Shown: positions 10,450 to 20,231 of the stretch, one piece after another
Layout of the letters: each line of letters opens with the position of its first letter
How positions within the stretch are numbered: position 1 is the stretch's first letter
Origin: an uncultured SAR86 cluster bacterium
GTDB taxonomy: Bacteria; Pseudomonadota; Gammaproteobacteria; Magnimaribacterales; AG-339-G14
Length of the DNA: 64,000 bases
Reading direction: 5' to 3'
Assembly: GCA_902561325.1 (NCBI GenBank)
Contig: CACEOL010000005.1
Span: 2,220-66,219, forward strand
Notes under the pieces: generated by a model
The model's database searches: none
Told to the model about the DNA's origin: nothing
What the model saw: the letters and a program-made list of their open reading frames with translations, nothing else
Position numbers and translations under genes: made by a program

Positions 10450-11031
10450 TTGGCTTACACATTAAGCATTGGTGAAAATGCTCCCGACTTTGATCTGGTA
10501 GGAACTAATGTAGATTATTACTCTTTGGATTCCTTTCAAGAATACGAAAATCTAATTATTTTCTTTACTTGCAACCACTGTCCGTATGTCACCGGATCAG
10601 ACGAAGTCACACGAAAAACAGTAGAGAAATTCCAAGGACCTAGATTCAAGTTCGTTGCAATTAATTCAAATAGCAAAAATACCTACGAAGAAGACAGTTT
10701 TGAAAATATGGTTAAAAGAATAGATGACTTAAAATTTCCATGGCTTTATCTTTATGACGAGACACAAAAAGCAGCTAAAGATTATGGGGCTTTAAAAACA
10801 CCTCATTTCTTTGTTTTTGATCGGGAAAGAAAGTTGGTTTATACCGGACGAGGAGTTGATTCTCCTAAGGATTCATCTAATATTAAAGTTAACGATTTAG
10901 AAAGAGTTCTTCAAGAACTCAAAGAAGATAAAAAAATATCAGTGCCAGTTACCAATCCTATTGGCTGTAATATTAAATGGGAAGGCAAGGAAGCACATTG
11001 GATGCCTGCAGAAGCATGCGACTTAATATAG
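10450..11031 (+). CDS. Thioredoxin-like AhpC/TSA family protein
   Basis: CNHCPY, YLYDETQ..AKDYGA..TP, IGCNIKW; TTG start. Confidence 0.88.
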   Translation: MAYTLSIGENAPDFDLVGTNVDYYSLDSFQEYENLIIFFTCNHCPYVTGSDEVTRKTVEKFQGPRFKFVAINSNSKNTYEEDSFENMVKRIDDLKFPWLYLYDETQKAAKDYGALKTPHFFVFDRERKLVYTGRGVDSPKDSSNIKVNDLERVLQELKEDKKISVPVTNPIGCNIKWEGKEAHWMPAEACDLI

Positions 11032-11041
11032 GAGATAAAAA

Positions 11042-11749
11042 ATGTCAGAGTTAGCAACTTTAAAAACAGAAGGAGATGTATCGATAATTACTTTGGATGA
11101 TGGGAAGGCAAACGTTTTTTCTTATCCAATGTTGGAAACCCTTCAAAAAATTCTTTCCGAAATACCCAAAGATAAAGGTTCAGTAATTATAACTGGAAGA
11201 GATGGAATGTTTTCTGGAGGTTTTGATTTAAAAACTTTTGCCTCTGGGGATGTTGATCTCATTAAAAATATGTCGTCTTTGGGTTTCAAAACTTTATTTG
11301 ATTTGTATACCTTTCCAAGGCCTGTAGTTGCGGCAATTTCTGGCCATGCTGTAGCACTTGGTATTTTTGTAGTTTGTTGTTGTGACTACCGAATTGGGAT
11401 AGATGGGGAATTTGTGGTTCAAGCAAACGAAGTAAGAAACAACATGGATATTCCCGTACCTATTATGGAAATAGCAGCCAGTAGGGTAGATAAGCAACAC
11501 ATTTATAGAGCTCTTTTTCACGCAGATCCTTACAAAATGTCTGATGCTGTCAGTGCTGGTTGGATTGATGAAGTTGTATCTTCTCCAGAAGATCTTATGA
11601 CAAGAGCAATGGAAAAAGCAGAAGATTTGGCAACTTTAGGTCATCCTATGTACCAAAAAACAAAAGAAGTTTTTCAACAAGATATTGTAGAAAAAATCCA
11701 AGCAAATTTGCCTAATCCTTCAGATAGTCCAAGCTTCGTATCGGTTTAG
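11042..11749 (+). CDS. Enoyl-CoA hydratase/isomerase (crotonase) family
   Basis: DDGKAN, FSGGFDL, PVVAAISGHAVALG. Confidence 0.9.
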   Translation: MSELATLKTEGDVSIITLDDGKANVFSYPMLETLQKILSEIPKDKGSVIITGRDGMFSGGFDLKTFASGDVDLIKNMSSLGFKTLFDLYTFPRPVVAAISGHAVALGIFVVCCCDYRIGIDGEFVVQANEVRNNMDIPVPIMEIAASRVDKQHIYRALFHADPYKMSDAVSAGWIDEVVSSPEDLMTRAMEKAEDLATLGHPMYQKTKEVFQQDIVEKIQANLPNPSDSPSFVSV

Positions 11750-11784
11750 TTATTTGTAAACTTCTTATATAATCCATTTCCTTT

Positions 11785-11860
11785 GGGGCTATAGCTCAGC
11801 TGGGAGAGCGCCTGATTTGCATTCAGGAGGTCCGCGGTTCGATCCCGCGTAGCTCCACCA
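11785..11860 (+). tRNA. tRNA-Ala (TGC)
   Basis: GGGGCTA/TAGCTCC stem with G3:U70, anticodon loop TT-TGC-AT, CCA end. Confidence 0.96.
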
Positions 11861-11903
11861 AAATTTATACATTTCTTCTTCTTTTGTTTATATAATAATT
11901 TTT

Positions 11904-13805
11904 ATGAGAGCTTTACACGACTTAGTTATTAGAAATGGAAAAATTGTAGATGGCAGCGGAAAAAAACCCTTCCACGGCGATGTTGCTATTGATAATGGAA
12001 AGATATCTGCAGTAGGAATCGTTGAGAATCCTGGTAAAAAGGAAATTGACGCAAAAGGTAACATTGTTACTCCTGGGTGGGTAGACATACATACTCACTA
12101 TGACGGTCAAGTTTGTTGGGATCCATATTTGACTCCATCAAGTTGGCACGGGGTAACAACAGTAGTGATGGGAAATTGTGGAGTCGGCTTTGCTCCCGTT
12201 AAACCTGGTGACGAGGAATTTTTAATTCAATTGATGGAAGGAGTTGAAGATATTCCTGGTACGGCTCTTCATGAAGGAGTTGACTGGAACTGGGAAACTT
12301 TTCCAGAGTTTTTAGATGCAATAGAAAAAAAGGATTTTGTCATGGATCTAGGTTTTATGATTGGACATGGTCCTTTGAGAAGTTACGTCATGGGATACGA
12401 GAGATGTCAAAGTCAAGTTGATGCCTCAAAAGAAGAAATTTCTAAAATGTCGGATATTGTCACGGAGGCTATTGAATCTGGTGCTTTAGGGTTTAGTACT
12501 TCTAGAACAATTTTACATCGAGATGTTCACGGAGTTTATGTTCCTGGGACAGAAGCAAGCTCAGACGAAATGAAGTCTCTGGCTTTTGCCATAGATAAAG
12601 CAGGCGAGGGAACTTTGGAAATTGTTTCCGACTGGCTTGATAAAGAAATTGAAATGTCATGGATGAGAGAATACGTTGAAAAAAGCGATTGTGGACTAAC
12701 AGTCCTTCAGACAAGTGGAGATGCAGTAAAAACAATCTTATTCTGTGAAGAACAGTTTCTAAAAGGTAAAAACGTTAGACCTCAATTTCCAGGTAGGAAT
12801 GTGGGAATGATGTTTGGTTTGGAAAGTTCTTTGCATCCTTTTATTGGCCATCCTTCTTATCGCGAAATAGCAGACCTTCCTTTATCTGAGAGGGTTCAAA
12901 TTATGAAAGATCCTGCTTTTAAGGAAAAACTACTTAACGAAAAACCAAATTTTGCTTCTGAGATAGAAAAATCAATGAATAATCAAGGTAGTACTAAATC
13001 TCAAGAAGAAATTAAAGAAGCAGCTAACTTAGGCCTTAAACTTATTTCAAATTATGATACGCAGTTTATTTTGGGAGATCCTCCTAATTATGAGCCTGGA
13101 AAAGAAGACAGTATCGCAGCTTTAGCGGAGTCTAAAGGCATATCTGAACTTGAGGTCATTTATGATGAATTTCTTAAAAACGAAGGGACTAATCTGGTTT
13201 ATGCATGCTTTACCCCTTATGAAAATCATAAATTAGATTTTGTAGAAAGAGCTTATGGTCTTAAATCGTCTGTAGCTGGCGGAAGTGATGGCGGTGCTCA
13301 TTGTGGATTGATATGTGATGCAAGTATGCCAACAACTAATTTGTCACATTGGGCAAGAGATAGAGAAGCTGGTAAAAAAATCCCAATTGAATTAATTGTA
13401 AGAAAACAAACCAAGGATACTGCGGAAACTTATGGTTTATTCGATCGAGGAGAAATTAAGACAGGAATGTTAGCCGACCTAAATATTATTGACTTCGAAA
13501 AGCTTAATGTTACTCATCCAAAAATGGTTTATGACCTACCTTTAGGAGGAAGAAGATTAATTCAAACTTCTTCTGGTTACTTGGCAACAGTTAAAAGCGG
13601 CGAAGTAGTCTACGAAGCTGGCGAAGCTACCGGAGTTCTTCCAGGAAAATTAATTCGAGGAAAACAAACTTGTGAAGTAAAAACAGAAAAGGAAAGGGTT
13701 CCTTTCATTGATCGAACCTTTCGTTTGATGTCTGTAAAAGCCTTCAAATTACTTTGGAATTTTAGAAAAAGTCCTTTTAAAACTACTGTTGTTTCTGACG
13801 ACTAA
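11904..13805 (+). CDS. N-acyl-D-amino-acid deacylase family amidohydrolase
   Basis: PGWVDIHTHYD, GVTTVVMGNCG, SDGGAH; TATAAT 7 nt before ATG. Confidence 0.88.
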   Translation: MRALHDLVIRNGKIVDGSGKKPFHGDVAIDNGKISAVGIVENPGKKEIDAKGNIVTPGWVDIHTHYDGQVCWDPYLTPSSWHGVTTVVMGNCGVGFAPVKPGDEEFLIQLMEGVEDIPGTALHEGVDWNWETFPEFLDAIEKKDFVMDLGFMIGHGPLRSYVMGYERCQSQVDASKEEISKMSDIVTEAIESGALGFSTSRTILHRDVHGVYVPGTEASSDEMKSLAFAIDKAGEGTLEIVSDWLDKEIEMSWMREYVEKSDCGLTVLQTSGDAVKTILFCEEQFLKGKNVRPQFPGRNVGMMFGLESSLHPFIGHPSYREIADLPLSERVQIMKDPAFKEKLLNEKPNFASEIEKSMNNQGSTKSQEEIKEAANLGLKLISNYDTQFILGDPPNYEPGKEDSIAALAESKGISELEVIYDEFLKNEGTNLVYACFTPYENHKLDFVERAYGLKSSVAGGSDGGAHCGLICDASMPTTNLSHWARDREAGKKIPIELIVRKQTKDTAETYGLFDRGEIKTGMLADLNIIDFEKLNVTHPKMVYDLPLGGRRLIQTSSGYLATVKSGEVVYEAGEATGVLPGKLIRGKQTCEVKTEKERVPFIDRTFRLMSVKAFKLLWNFRKSPFKTTVVSDD

Positions 13806-15103
13806 ACAGTAGTTTCTAGATTAGCTTTATCTCTAGCGTATCTTCGTCCGGCAATGTAATAGCATGGAATGGCGAGAGATCCGATGAAACCGAAAATTAA
13901 TAAAGACCAAGTGTAAGGTTCTGCAATAGAGCCCTTGGTTAAATCTATTAAAATTCCTGCTCCAAGAGATCCTATTGTTAGACCAATTAAATTTATACAA
14001 AGGATATAGAAAGCGACGATTGTTGCTCTAATTTTTTCTGGAACTAACTCTTGAACAGTTGAAAAAGTAGGGCCATAAAAACATCCCAACTGAAAGTATC
14101 CTACAACTACTCCAACCCAAAAAATTACTGTTGTCGGTTCTACAAATCTATAAATTATGCCTATAGGCAATAAAATAAGAGATAACCAAAACAAGAAAAT
14201 AGGTCTTCCCTGATCCGTCTTTTCCAACCACCAGTCACTTACTAAACCGCCGAACAAAACTCCTGCCAGCCCTGCAAATACAGCGATTATTCCTGATATT
14301 TGAGCGATTACACTTCTATCAAAACCCCTTTCCTCAACCAACCAAATTTGTTCAAAGGCAGCTGCACCAAGAATGATGTGATAAAAAACGCCTCCAGAAA
14401 TGGTAAGAGTTAGGGCAGGTGATTTTTTCAAAGCGTTGACTAAAATTGTCATTACTTCGGCAAAAGCAAGTTTTTCTTCTTGTGAATTTGTGGAATTTTG
14501 AATCTCTATTCTTTTCTTATCTTTAAAGAGCAACATACAGAGCCCTAAGAAGACACCGACAATTCCTAGCATGTAAAAACAACCTCGCCAGCCAATTGTT
14601 TCTCCAAGAAGACCTTCTAAAAAAACTGGTGATTTTATATCTGCTACGAATCCAACCAATAAAAGACTTATCGCAACGCCTATAGGTACTCCTAAGTAAT
14701 AAAATCCTGAAGCAAAACCCATTCTTTTTGGAGGGAAGGCATCACCCAAAAGAGACATTGAAGTTGGAGTAAGAATTGATTCTCCTACACCAATGAACAT
14801 TCTAGGAAGAGCTAAAGTTATAAATCCTTTAGCTGCACCTGATGCCATTGTAAAAATACTCCAAAGAACAACTCCAAAAGCAATCAACTTAGTTCTATTT
14901 ACACGATCAGCCAAAGCTCCCATAAATAGACCCATTATTGAATAAAAGAAAATAAACGCTAGAGAAGTCAGCAGTCCAAATTGCCATCCTGTAAGTTCCA
15001 GCTCTGGAACTATGTAGTTGGCAAAACTTGCAATTAATTGTCTGTCAGTAATGTTTAGAAGATTTAGTACAGTCAGAAAAAAAAGAAGTCTATATGGATT
15101 CAT
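13802..15103 (-). CDS. MFS transporter (spinster-like)
   Basis: LNITDRQ, GALADRVNR motif A, many TM helices; start uncertain (15103 or 15133). Confidence 0.88.
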   Translation of the reverse strand: MNPYRLLFFLTVLNLLNITDRQLIASFANYIVPELELTGWQFGLLTSLAFIFFYSIMGLFMGALADRVNRTKLIAFGVVLWSIFTMASGAAKGFITLALPRMFIGVGESILTPTSMSLLGDAFPPKRMGFASGFYYLGVPIGVAISLLLVGFVADIKSPVFLEGLLGETIGWRGCFYMLGIVGVFLGLCMLLFKDKKRIEIQNSTNSQEEKLAFAEVMTILVNALKKSPALTLTISGGVFYHIILGAAAFEQIWLVEERGFDRSVIAQISGIIAVFAGLAGVLFGGLVSDWWLEKTDQGRPIFLFWLSLILLPIGIIYRFVEPTTVIFWVGVVVGYFQLGCFYGPTFSTVQELVPEKIRATIVAFYILCINLIGLTIGSLGAGILIDLTKGSIAEPYTWSLLIFGFIGSLAIPCYYIAGRRYARDKANLETTV

Positions 15104-15161
15104 ACTTATAGGATATTGTGAAAGAATTATCATAGTATAGGATTTTTAAAAAATAATAAAA

Positions 15162-15761
15162 ATGTTTGTTTTGGGCGTAACAGGTGGAATTGGGTCTGGC
15201 AAATCAGCCGCAACTGAAATTTTTTCTTCATTGGGAATTAAAATAGTTGATGCAGATGTTTTATCCAGGGTTCCTGTTCAAAAAGGGGAATCAGGTCTTT
15301 TAGAAATAGAAACAAGATATGGCTCTGAAATTCTTCTTTCTACAGGCGAACTTGATAGAAAAAAGTTAAGAGAAATAATATTTGAAAAAGAAGAAGAAAA
15401 AGATTGGTTAGAAAATTTACTTCACCCTTTAATTGCAGATTTAATAAAAGAGGAATTAAAATCTTCTACTTCCGCTTATACAATCCTTGCTTCTCCATTA
15501 TTGTTTGAAACTAAACAGTCCAATTATTGCAATGAAGTATTGGTTATTGATGTGTCTGAGGAAACTCAAGTTTTAAGAACAAAGACACGAGATGATGTTT
15601 CTGAAGAACAAGTCAAAACAATTATTCTCTCGCAAATCAATCGTTCTGAAAGACTTAGGTTAGCAACTCATATCATTGAAAATGAGAATACTTTAGATGA
15701 TCTAAAAAAAGCTGTTACAGAATTACATCAAAAAATAATTACTCAGATAGAAACCAAATGA
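15162..15761 (+). CDS. coaE: Dephospho-CoA kinase
   Basis: GVTGGIGSGKS, DAD, LDRKKLR, PLLFE. Confidence 0.95.
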   Translation: MFVLGVTGGIGSGKSAATEIFSSLGIKIVDADVLSRVPVQKGESGLLEIETRYGSEILLSTGELDRKKLREIIFEKEEEKDWLENLLHPLIADLIKEELKSSTSAYTILASPLLFETKQSNYCNEVLVIDVSEETQVLRTKTRDDVSEEQVKTIILSQINRSERLRLATHIIENENTLDDLKKAVTELHQKIITQIETK

Positions 15762-15910
15762 AATGTCCAAGTTGTAAAGAAGAAATTTCAGAAAGTGCTG
15801 ATAAAAAATTTAAACCTTTCTGCTCAGAAAGATGTCGTTCTCTAGATTTATCAGATTGGCTTAATGAAAGAAATGTTATTTCTTCGGATTTGTCTCACTC
15901 AGAGGATTGA
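15758..15910 (+). CDS. yacG: DNA gyrase inhibitor YacG (absent from ORF track)
   Basis: Hand translation MKCPSC...KPFCSERCRSLDLSDWLNE (50 aa); ATGA overlap with coaE. Confidence 0.92.
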   Translation: MKCPSCKEEISESADKKFKPFCSERCRSLDLSDWLNERNVISSDLSHSED

Positions 15911-16437
15911 AAAAACTCACTAATACCTGCAATACCTTGAGCACCATTTTCTTTTGCAATCTCAAAGTCTTCTTGCTTCAAACCCCCCAAAGCAAAGCTA
16001 GGTCCTGGAAATAATTTTGTAAGGTTAGAAAAGTCTTCCCAGCCTAATGAAGGATTTTTATTTGCAACATTTTTAACTGGCGAGATAAAAATATAATCCA
16101 GCTTAAGTTGCGCAGCTTTAATAACTTCATTTTTATTATGACAGGAAGCTCCTGTTATACAGGAGCTTAACTGGTTTGTTTCAATTAAATCTCTAGAGGT
16201 CAGATGAAGATATTCATAATCAGAAATAATATTTCTTAACCTCGAATTCAAAATCACTTTACCTCCCTTATTTTCATAAATTTCTTTAGTTCTATTCCAG
16301 TGCTCTAATGAAAAATCAGTTACATCAACTCTGTAGACTAAGTACTTTGAAGTATCAGATAGTTTTTCTATCAAAGAAAAGAAGTTTTCTGGAATTTTTT
16401 TTGGAGTTATTGGAATAAATCTAGCTTCTGTAATCAC
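15895..16437 (-). CDS. Thiamine-phosphate-synthase-like (ThiE/TenI fold) protein
   Basis: GASCH, DYIFISPV, LGWEDF, FALGG, GAQGIAGI. Confidence 0.75.
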   Translation of the reverse strand: MITEARFIPITPKKIPENFFSLIEKLSDTSKYLVYRVDVTDFSLEHWNRTKEIYENKGGKVILNSRLRNIISDYEYLHLTSRDLIETNQLSSCITGASCHNKNEVIKAAQLKLDYIFISPVKNVANKNPSLGWEDFSNLTKLFPGPSFALGGLKQEDFEIAKENGAQGIAGISEFFQSSE

Positions 16438-17596
16438 TATTGATTGATATGTACTCTGGGGATAGGTCTGAAGTCATGACAAGAGCTGATTGTTTAGATT
16501 TTCCAAGATTGATTTCAATATTGATTGTTTTTTTTCTAAATTCCTTTTTACCCTTTGCTTCGGAATATTTTGGGCTTAGATTTCCATTGACTAAAACCGG
16601 ATGACCCCCAATTTTTAGTGATAGATTTTTCATATCAAATTCCTTTTCATCGGCATTTCCGGCAGCGGTAATGATTCTCCCCCAATTGGGATCTTCACCG
16701 TATGCAGCTGTTTTAACTAGAGGGGAGTTTGCAACTTTTAAGGCGACTTTCTTGGAAGCTTTATAAGAGCTCAATCCCGAAACTTTAATCTTAATGAGTT
16801 TGGTTGCACCTTCTCCATCTAAAACCATCTTTTCAGCTAATTCTCTAAACACTGCAAAAAAGTTATTCTTAATTTTTTTTTGATATTTCTTAAAATCACT
16901 TTTTTTCTCTGAGGTTGTTGCAAAAATACTGGAGTCACTTGGAGATTGATCTCCATCTATTGAGATAGCGTTAAATGTTTCATCGCAAATATCTTTATGT
17001 AATTTTTTTAATTGAATTTTTGAAAGTTTTAGATCCGTAAAAACAAAACTAAGAGTTGTTGCCATATTTGGTTCAATCATTCCAACTCCTTTTGCAACTC
17101 CAATTACATTTATTTTTTGATTCCCTAGTTTGAATTCCTTCTTTACAAATTTATAACGAGTGTCTGTAGTCATTATGGCGTTAGCAAAGTCTTTCCAGGA
17201 GTTTTTTCCTAACTGAGCAGTACATTTTTTAAAAGCCAAAGATAGCTTTTTAGTATCAAGCAATTCTCCTACTACGCCTGTAGAAAAGGGGAGGATATTG
17301 TTTTTGGGTACGCTTAATAAAGAAGAAACTTCGCCAATAAGATTTTCAGAGTCTCTTATACCTTTTTTGCCGGTTGCAGCATTCGCATTTCCAGCATTGA
17401 TCATTAAGACTTTTGGTTCTGAGATATTTTTATTTATTTTTTTTAAACATATTTCAACTGGCGCTGACTTGAATTTATTTGAAGTAAACAAGCCAGACCA
17501 AATTGCTTTCTTCTCAAGTTTTATGATTGTGGAATCTAATCTAGTTCCATATTTAGTATTTGAGGATGCGCAACCAATTTTTATATCTTTCAACAT
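16421..17596 (-). CDS. argJ: Ornithine acetyltransferase ArgJ
   Basis: NAGNANAATG, STGVVG, AIMTTDT, KGVGMIEPNMATTL, DGEGATK, DPNWGRI. Confidence 0.93.
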   Translation of the reverse strand: MLKDIKIGCASSNTKYGTRLDSTIIKLEKKAIWSGLFTSNKFKSAPVEICLKKINKNISEPKVLMINAGNANAATGKKGIRDSENLIGEVSSLLSVPKNNILPFSTGVVGELLDTKKLSLAFKKCTAQLGKNSWKDFANAIMTTDTRYKFVKKEFKLGNQKINVIGVAKGVGMIEPNMATTLSFVFTDLKLSKIQLKKLHKDICDETFNAISIDGDQSPSDSSIFATTSEKKSDFKKYQKKIKNNFFAVFRELAEKMVLDGEGATKLIKIKVSGLSSYKASKKVALKVANSPLVKTAAYGEDPNWGRIITAAGNADEKEFDMKNLSLKIGGHPVLVNGNLSPKYSEAKGKKEFRKKTINIEINLGKSKQSALVMTSDLSPEYISINSDYRS

Positions 17597-20229
17597 TATC
17601 TTTTTTTCTTTTTTCTATTAGCTTTTGCTTGCAGTCTTCTTAAACGTCTATTTCCTTCTACTGGCTGATTGTTATTGGATGCTTGTTGGTTAGACACAGA
17701 ATTATCCATAAATGCTGATGGAGAATTTTCATGGATAGTTTTAGTTTTTTCTAGGACTTCTCTAGATTTCATCTTTTCAATTTCTTGTTCGTCTTCTGGC
17801 TTGACTTCGACACGGCAAAGGAACCTTATAGACTCTTTTTTTATTGTTTCAAGAAGTTGTTCAAACATCTCAAACGCTTCTCTTTTGTATTCGAGACGAG
17901 GGTCTTTTCCTGCATAACTTCGAAATCCTATATTTTGTCTGAGTGAATCAAGCTGATTGATGTGATTTTTCCAACTTTGATCTATGACTTGCAGGATGAT
18001 TTGATTTTCCAATTGAGAATAAACGTTTGGAAATTTATTTCTTTTTTCTAAGTAAATTTCGTCAGCAAAATCCAAAAGTTTATTCAGAACTTCTTGTGTG
18101 TTGGATTCACTATTTTCTAATTCACCTTTTAAATTAAATTGCAGATTAAATTCAGATTCTAGGATGTTTGTTAGTTCATCAACTTTCCAATTGGATTCTA
18201 TTTCATATTCAGGAACATGAACTTCAAAAGTCGAGCTCAAAACATCAGCTCGCATATTTGAAATTAAGTCGTCTAAATCTTTATCTTCTAATATTTCTTT
18301 ACGCTGCTTATAAATTACCTGTCTTTGTTCATTTAAGACATCATCAAATTCTAGAATTCTTTTACGAATGTCAAAATTCCTGCCTTCAACTCTTCGTTGA
18401 GCTCGTTCTATAGAATTAGTTAACATTTTATGTTCTATTGATTCTCCTTTTTTCATTCCACCAAAGGATTGCATAAGAGCTTTCATACGATCAGGAGCAA
18501 ATATCTTGAGCAAGCCGTCATCTAGTGATAAGAAAAACTGGGAAGAACCTGGGTCACCTTGTCGTCCTGACCTTCCTCTAAGCTGATTGTCAATTCTTCG
18601 AGATTCGTGTCTCTCAGTACCTATGACATGTAATCCTCCCAATTCAACAATTTCCTTTCTAGCTGTTTCAGATTCAGGGAACCCTCCAAGGACAATATCC
18701 GTTCCTCTTCCAGCCATATTTGTTGCTATGGTCACAGCTTTTTCTTTCCCAGCTTGAGAAATAATTTCAGCTTCTTGTTGATTTTGTTTGGCATTTAAAA
18801 CGCGATGAGGAATATTTAGAGCATCTAGTTTTTTAGATAAAACTTCAGAGTTTTCAACAGATATGGTGCCAACAAGAATGGGGTTGCCTTTTTCGTGATA
18901 AGTCTTTATCTCGTCGATTATGGCATCGTTTTTTTCATCCTCTGTTAGATAAATTTTATCGTTTTTGTCTTCTCTGACCATTGGGAGATTTGTGGGAATA
19001 GAAATTGCCTCTAAAGAATAAATTTCATCAAATTCTCTTTCTTCTGTTTTGGCAGTTCCTGTCATTCCTGACAGCTTTTCAAACATTCTAAAGAAATTTT
19101 GAAAAGTGGTAGATGCCAGTGTTTGACTTTCAACTTGAATATCTAGATTTTCCTTTAATTCCAGAGCTTGATGTACCCCATCAGAGAGTCTCCTACCTGG
19201 CATGGCTCGACCTGAATTTGTATCAATTAAAATGACTTTTCCATTTTGAACTATGTAATCAGTATTTTTTTCAAACAGAGTTTCAGCCCTAACAAGAGCT
19301 TGAACCATATTTAGAAGTTTTAAATTTTCACTGGCATAGAGACTCACAGAATCTTCAAGGAGGTTATTTTGCTTAAGATAATTTTCTATTTTTTCATGCC
19401 CATTTTCGGTAATTTCAATTGATCTAGATTGCAAATCTATAGTGAAATCTCCTGCCTTTATAACTTCTTCTTTTTCAAAATCAAACTCTTCCTCGTCAAG
19501 ACTGTTTACAACTGGTTTAAGTTTTCTGTATAAAGGCCCATTATCTTCTGCAACGCCACTTATAATTAAAGGAGTTCTGGCTTCGTCGATTAATATGGAA
19601 TCAACTTCATCTACCACTACAAAATAAGGATCTCTCTGAAGACGATCTTCTTCTCTAAGAACCATATTATCTCTCAGGTAATCAAAGCCTAGCTCGTTGT
19701 TTGTGGCATAAACAACATTCTTGGTGTAGTTTTCTTTTTTCTCTAAAGGATTGAGTTCCGGAGTAATAAATCCAACATTCATTCCCAAACCCTCAAATAT
19801 TGGAGCCATCCAGTTTGCATCTCTTTTGGCTAAGTACTCATTTGCAGTAACTACAATGACACTTTTTCCAGTAAGTGCATTTAGATAACAGGGCAAAGTC
19901 GCAACTAAAGTCTTGCCTTCTCCGGTTGCCATTTCAGCAATCATGCCTTGATTTAAAATGGCACCACCAATTAATTGACAATCGTAGTGACGAAGACCTA
20001 AAAATCTTTTGCTTGATTCTCTTACAGCCGCAAACGCTTCTGTCATGAGGTCTTCTAAACTTGAACCTTCTGAAAGTTTTTCTTTTAATTTACTTGTTGT
20101 ATTTTTTAGTTCTTCGTCTGTAAAAGACTCGAACTTTTGTTCTAAATTATTTATTGATTGAACAACGTTTCCAAGCTTACGTAAAACTCGCTTATCTTTG
20201 TTTCCAAATAAGAATGACAAAAAGGACAT
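17596..20229 (-). CDS. secA: Preprotein translocase ATPase SecA (no C-terminal SEC-C zinc finger)
   Basis: MATGEGKT, DEVDSILIDEARTPLIISG, TNMAGRGTDI, QLRGRSGRQGDPG. Confidence 0.97.
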   Translation of the reverse strand: MSFLSFLFGNKDKRVLRKLGNVVQSINNLEQKFESFTDEELKNTTSKLKEKLSEGSSLEDLMTEAFAAVRESSKRFLGLRHYDCQLIGGAILNQGMIAEMATGEGKTLVATLPCYLNALTGKSVIVVTANEYLAKRDANWMAPIFEGLGMNVGFITPELNPLEKKENYTKNVVYATNNELGFDYLRDNMVLREEDRLQRDPYFVVVDEVDSILIDEARTPLIISGVAEDNGPLYRKLKPVVNSLDEEEFDFEKEEVIKAGDFTIDLQSRSIEITENGHEKIENYLKQNNLLEDSVSLYASENLKLLNMVQALVRAETLFEKNTDYIVQNGKVILIDTNSGRAMPGRRLSDGVHQALELKENLDIQVESQTLASTTFQNFFRMFEKLSGMTGTAKTEEREFDEIYSLEAISIPTNLPMVREDKNDKIYLTEDEKNDAIIDEIKTYHEKGNPILVGTISVENSEVLSKKLDALNIPHRVLNAKQNQQEAEIISQAGKEKAVTIATNMAGRGTDIVLGGFPESETARKEIVELGGLHVIGTERHESRRIDNQLRGRSGRQGDPGSSQFFLSLDDGLLKIFAPDRMKALMQSFGGMKKGESIEHKMLTNSIERAQRRVEGRNFDIRKRILEFDDVLNEQRQVIYKQRKEILEDKDLDDLISNMRADVLSSTFEVHVPEYEIESNWKVDELTNILESEFNLQFNLKGELENSESNTQEVLNKLLDFADEIYLEKRNKFPNVYSQLENQIILQVIDQSWKNHINQLDSLRQNIGFRSYAGKDPRLEYKREAFEMFEQLLETIKKESIRFLCRVEVKPEDEQEIEKMKSREVLEKTKTIHENSPSAFMDNSVSNQQASNNNQPVEGNRRLRRLQAKANRKKKKR

Positions 20230-20231
20230 TT

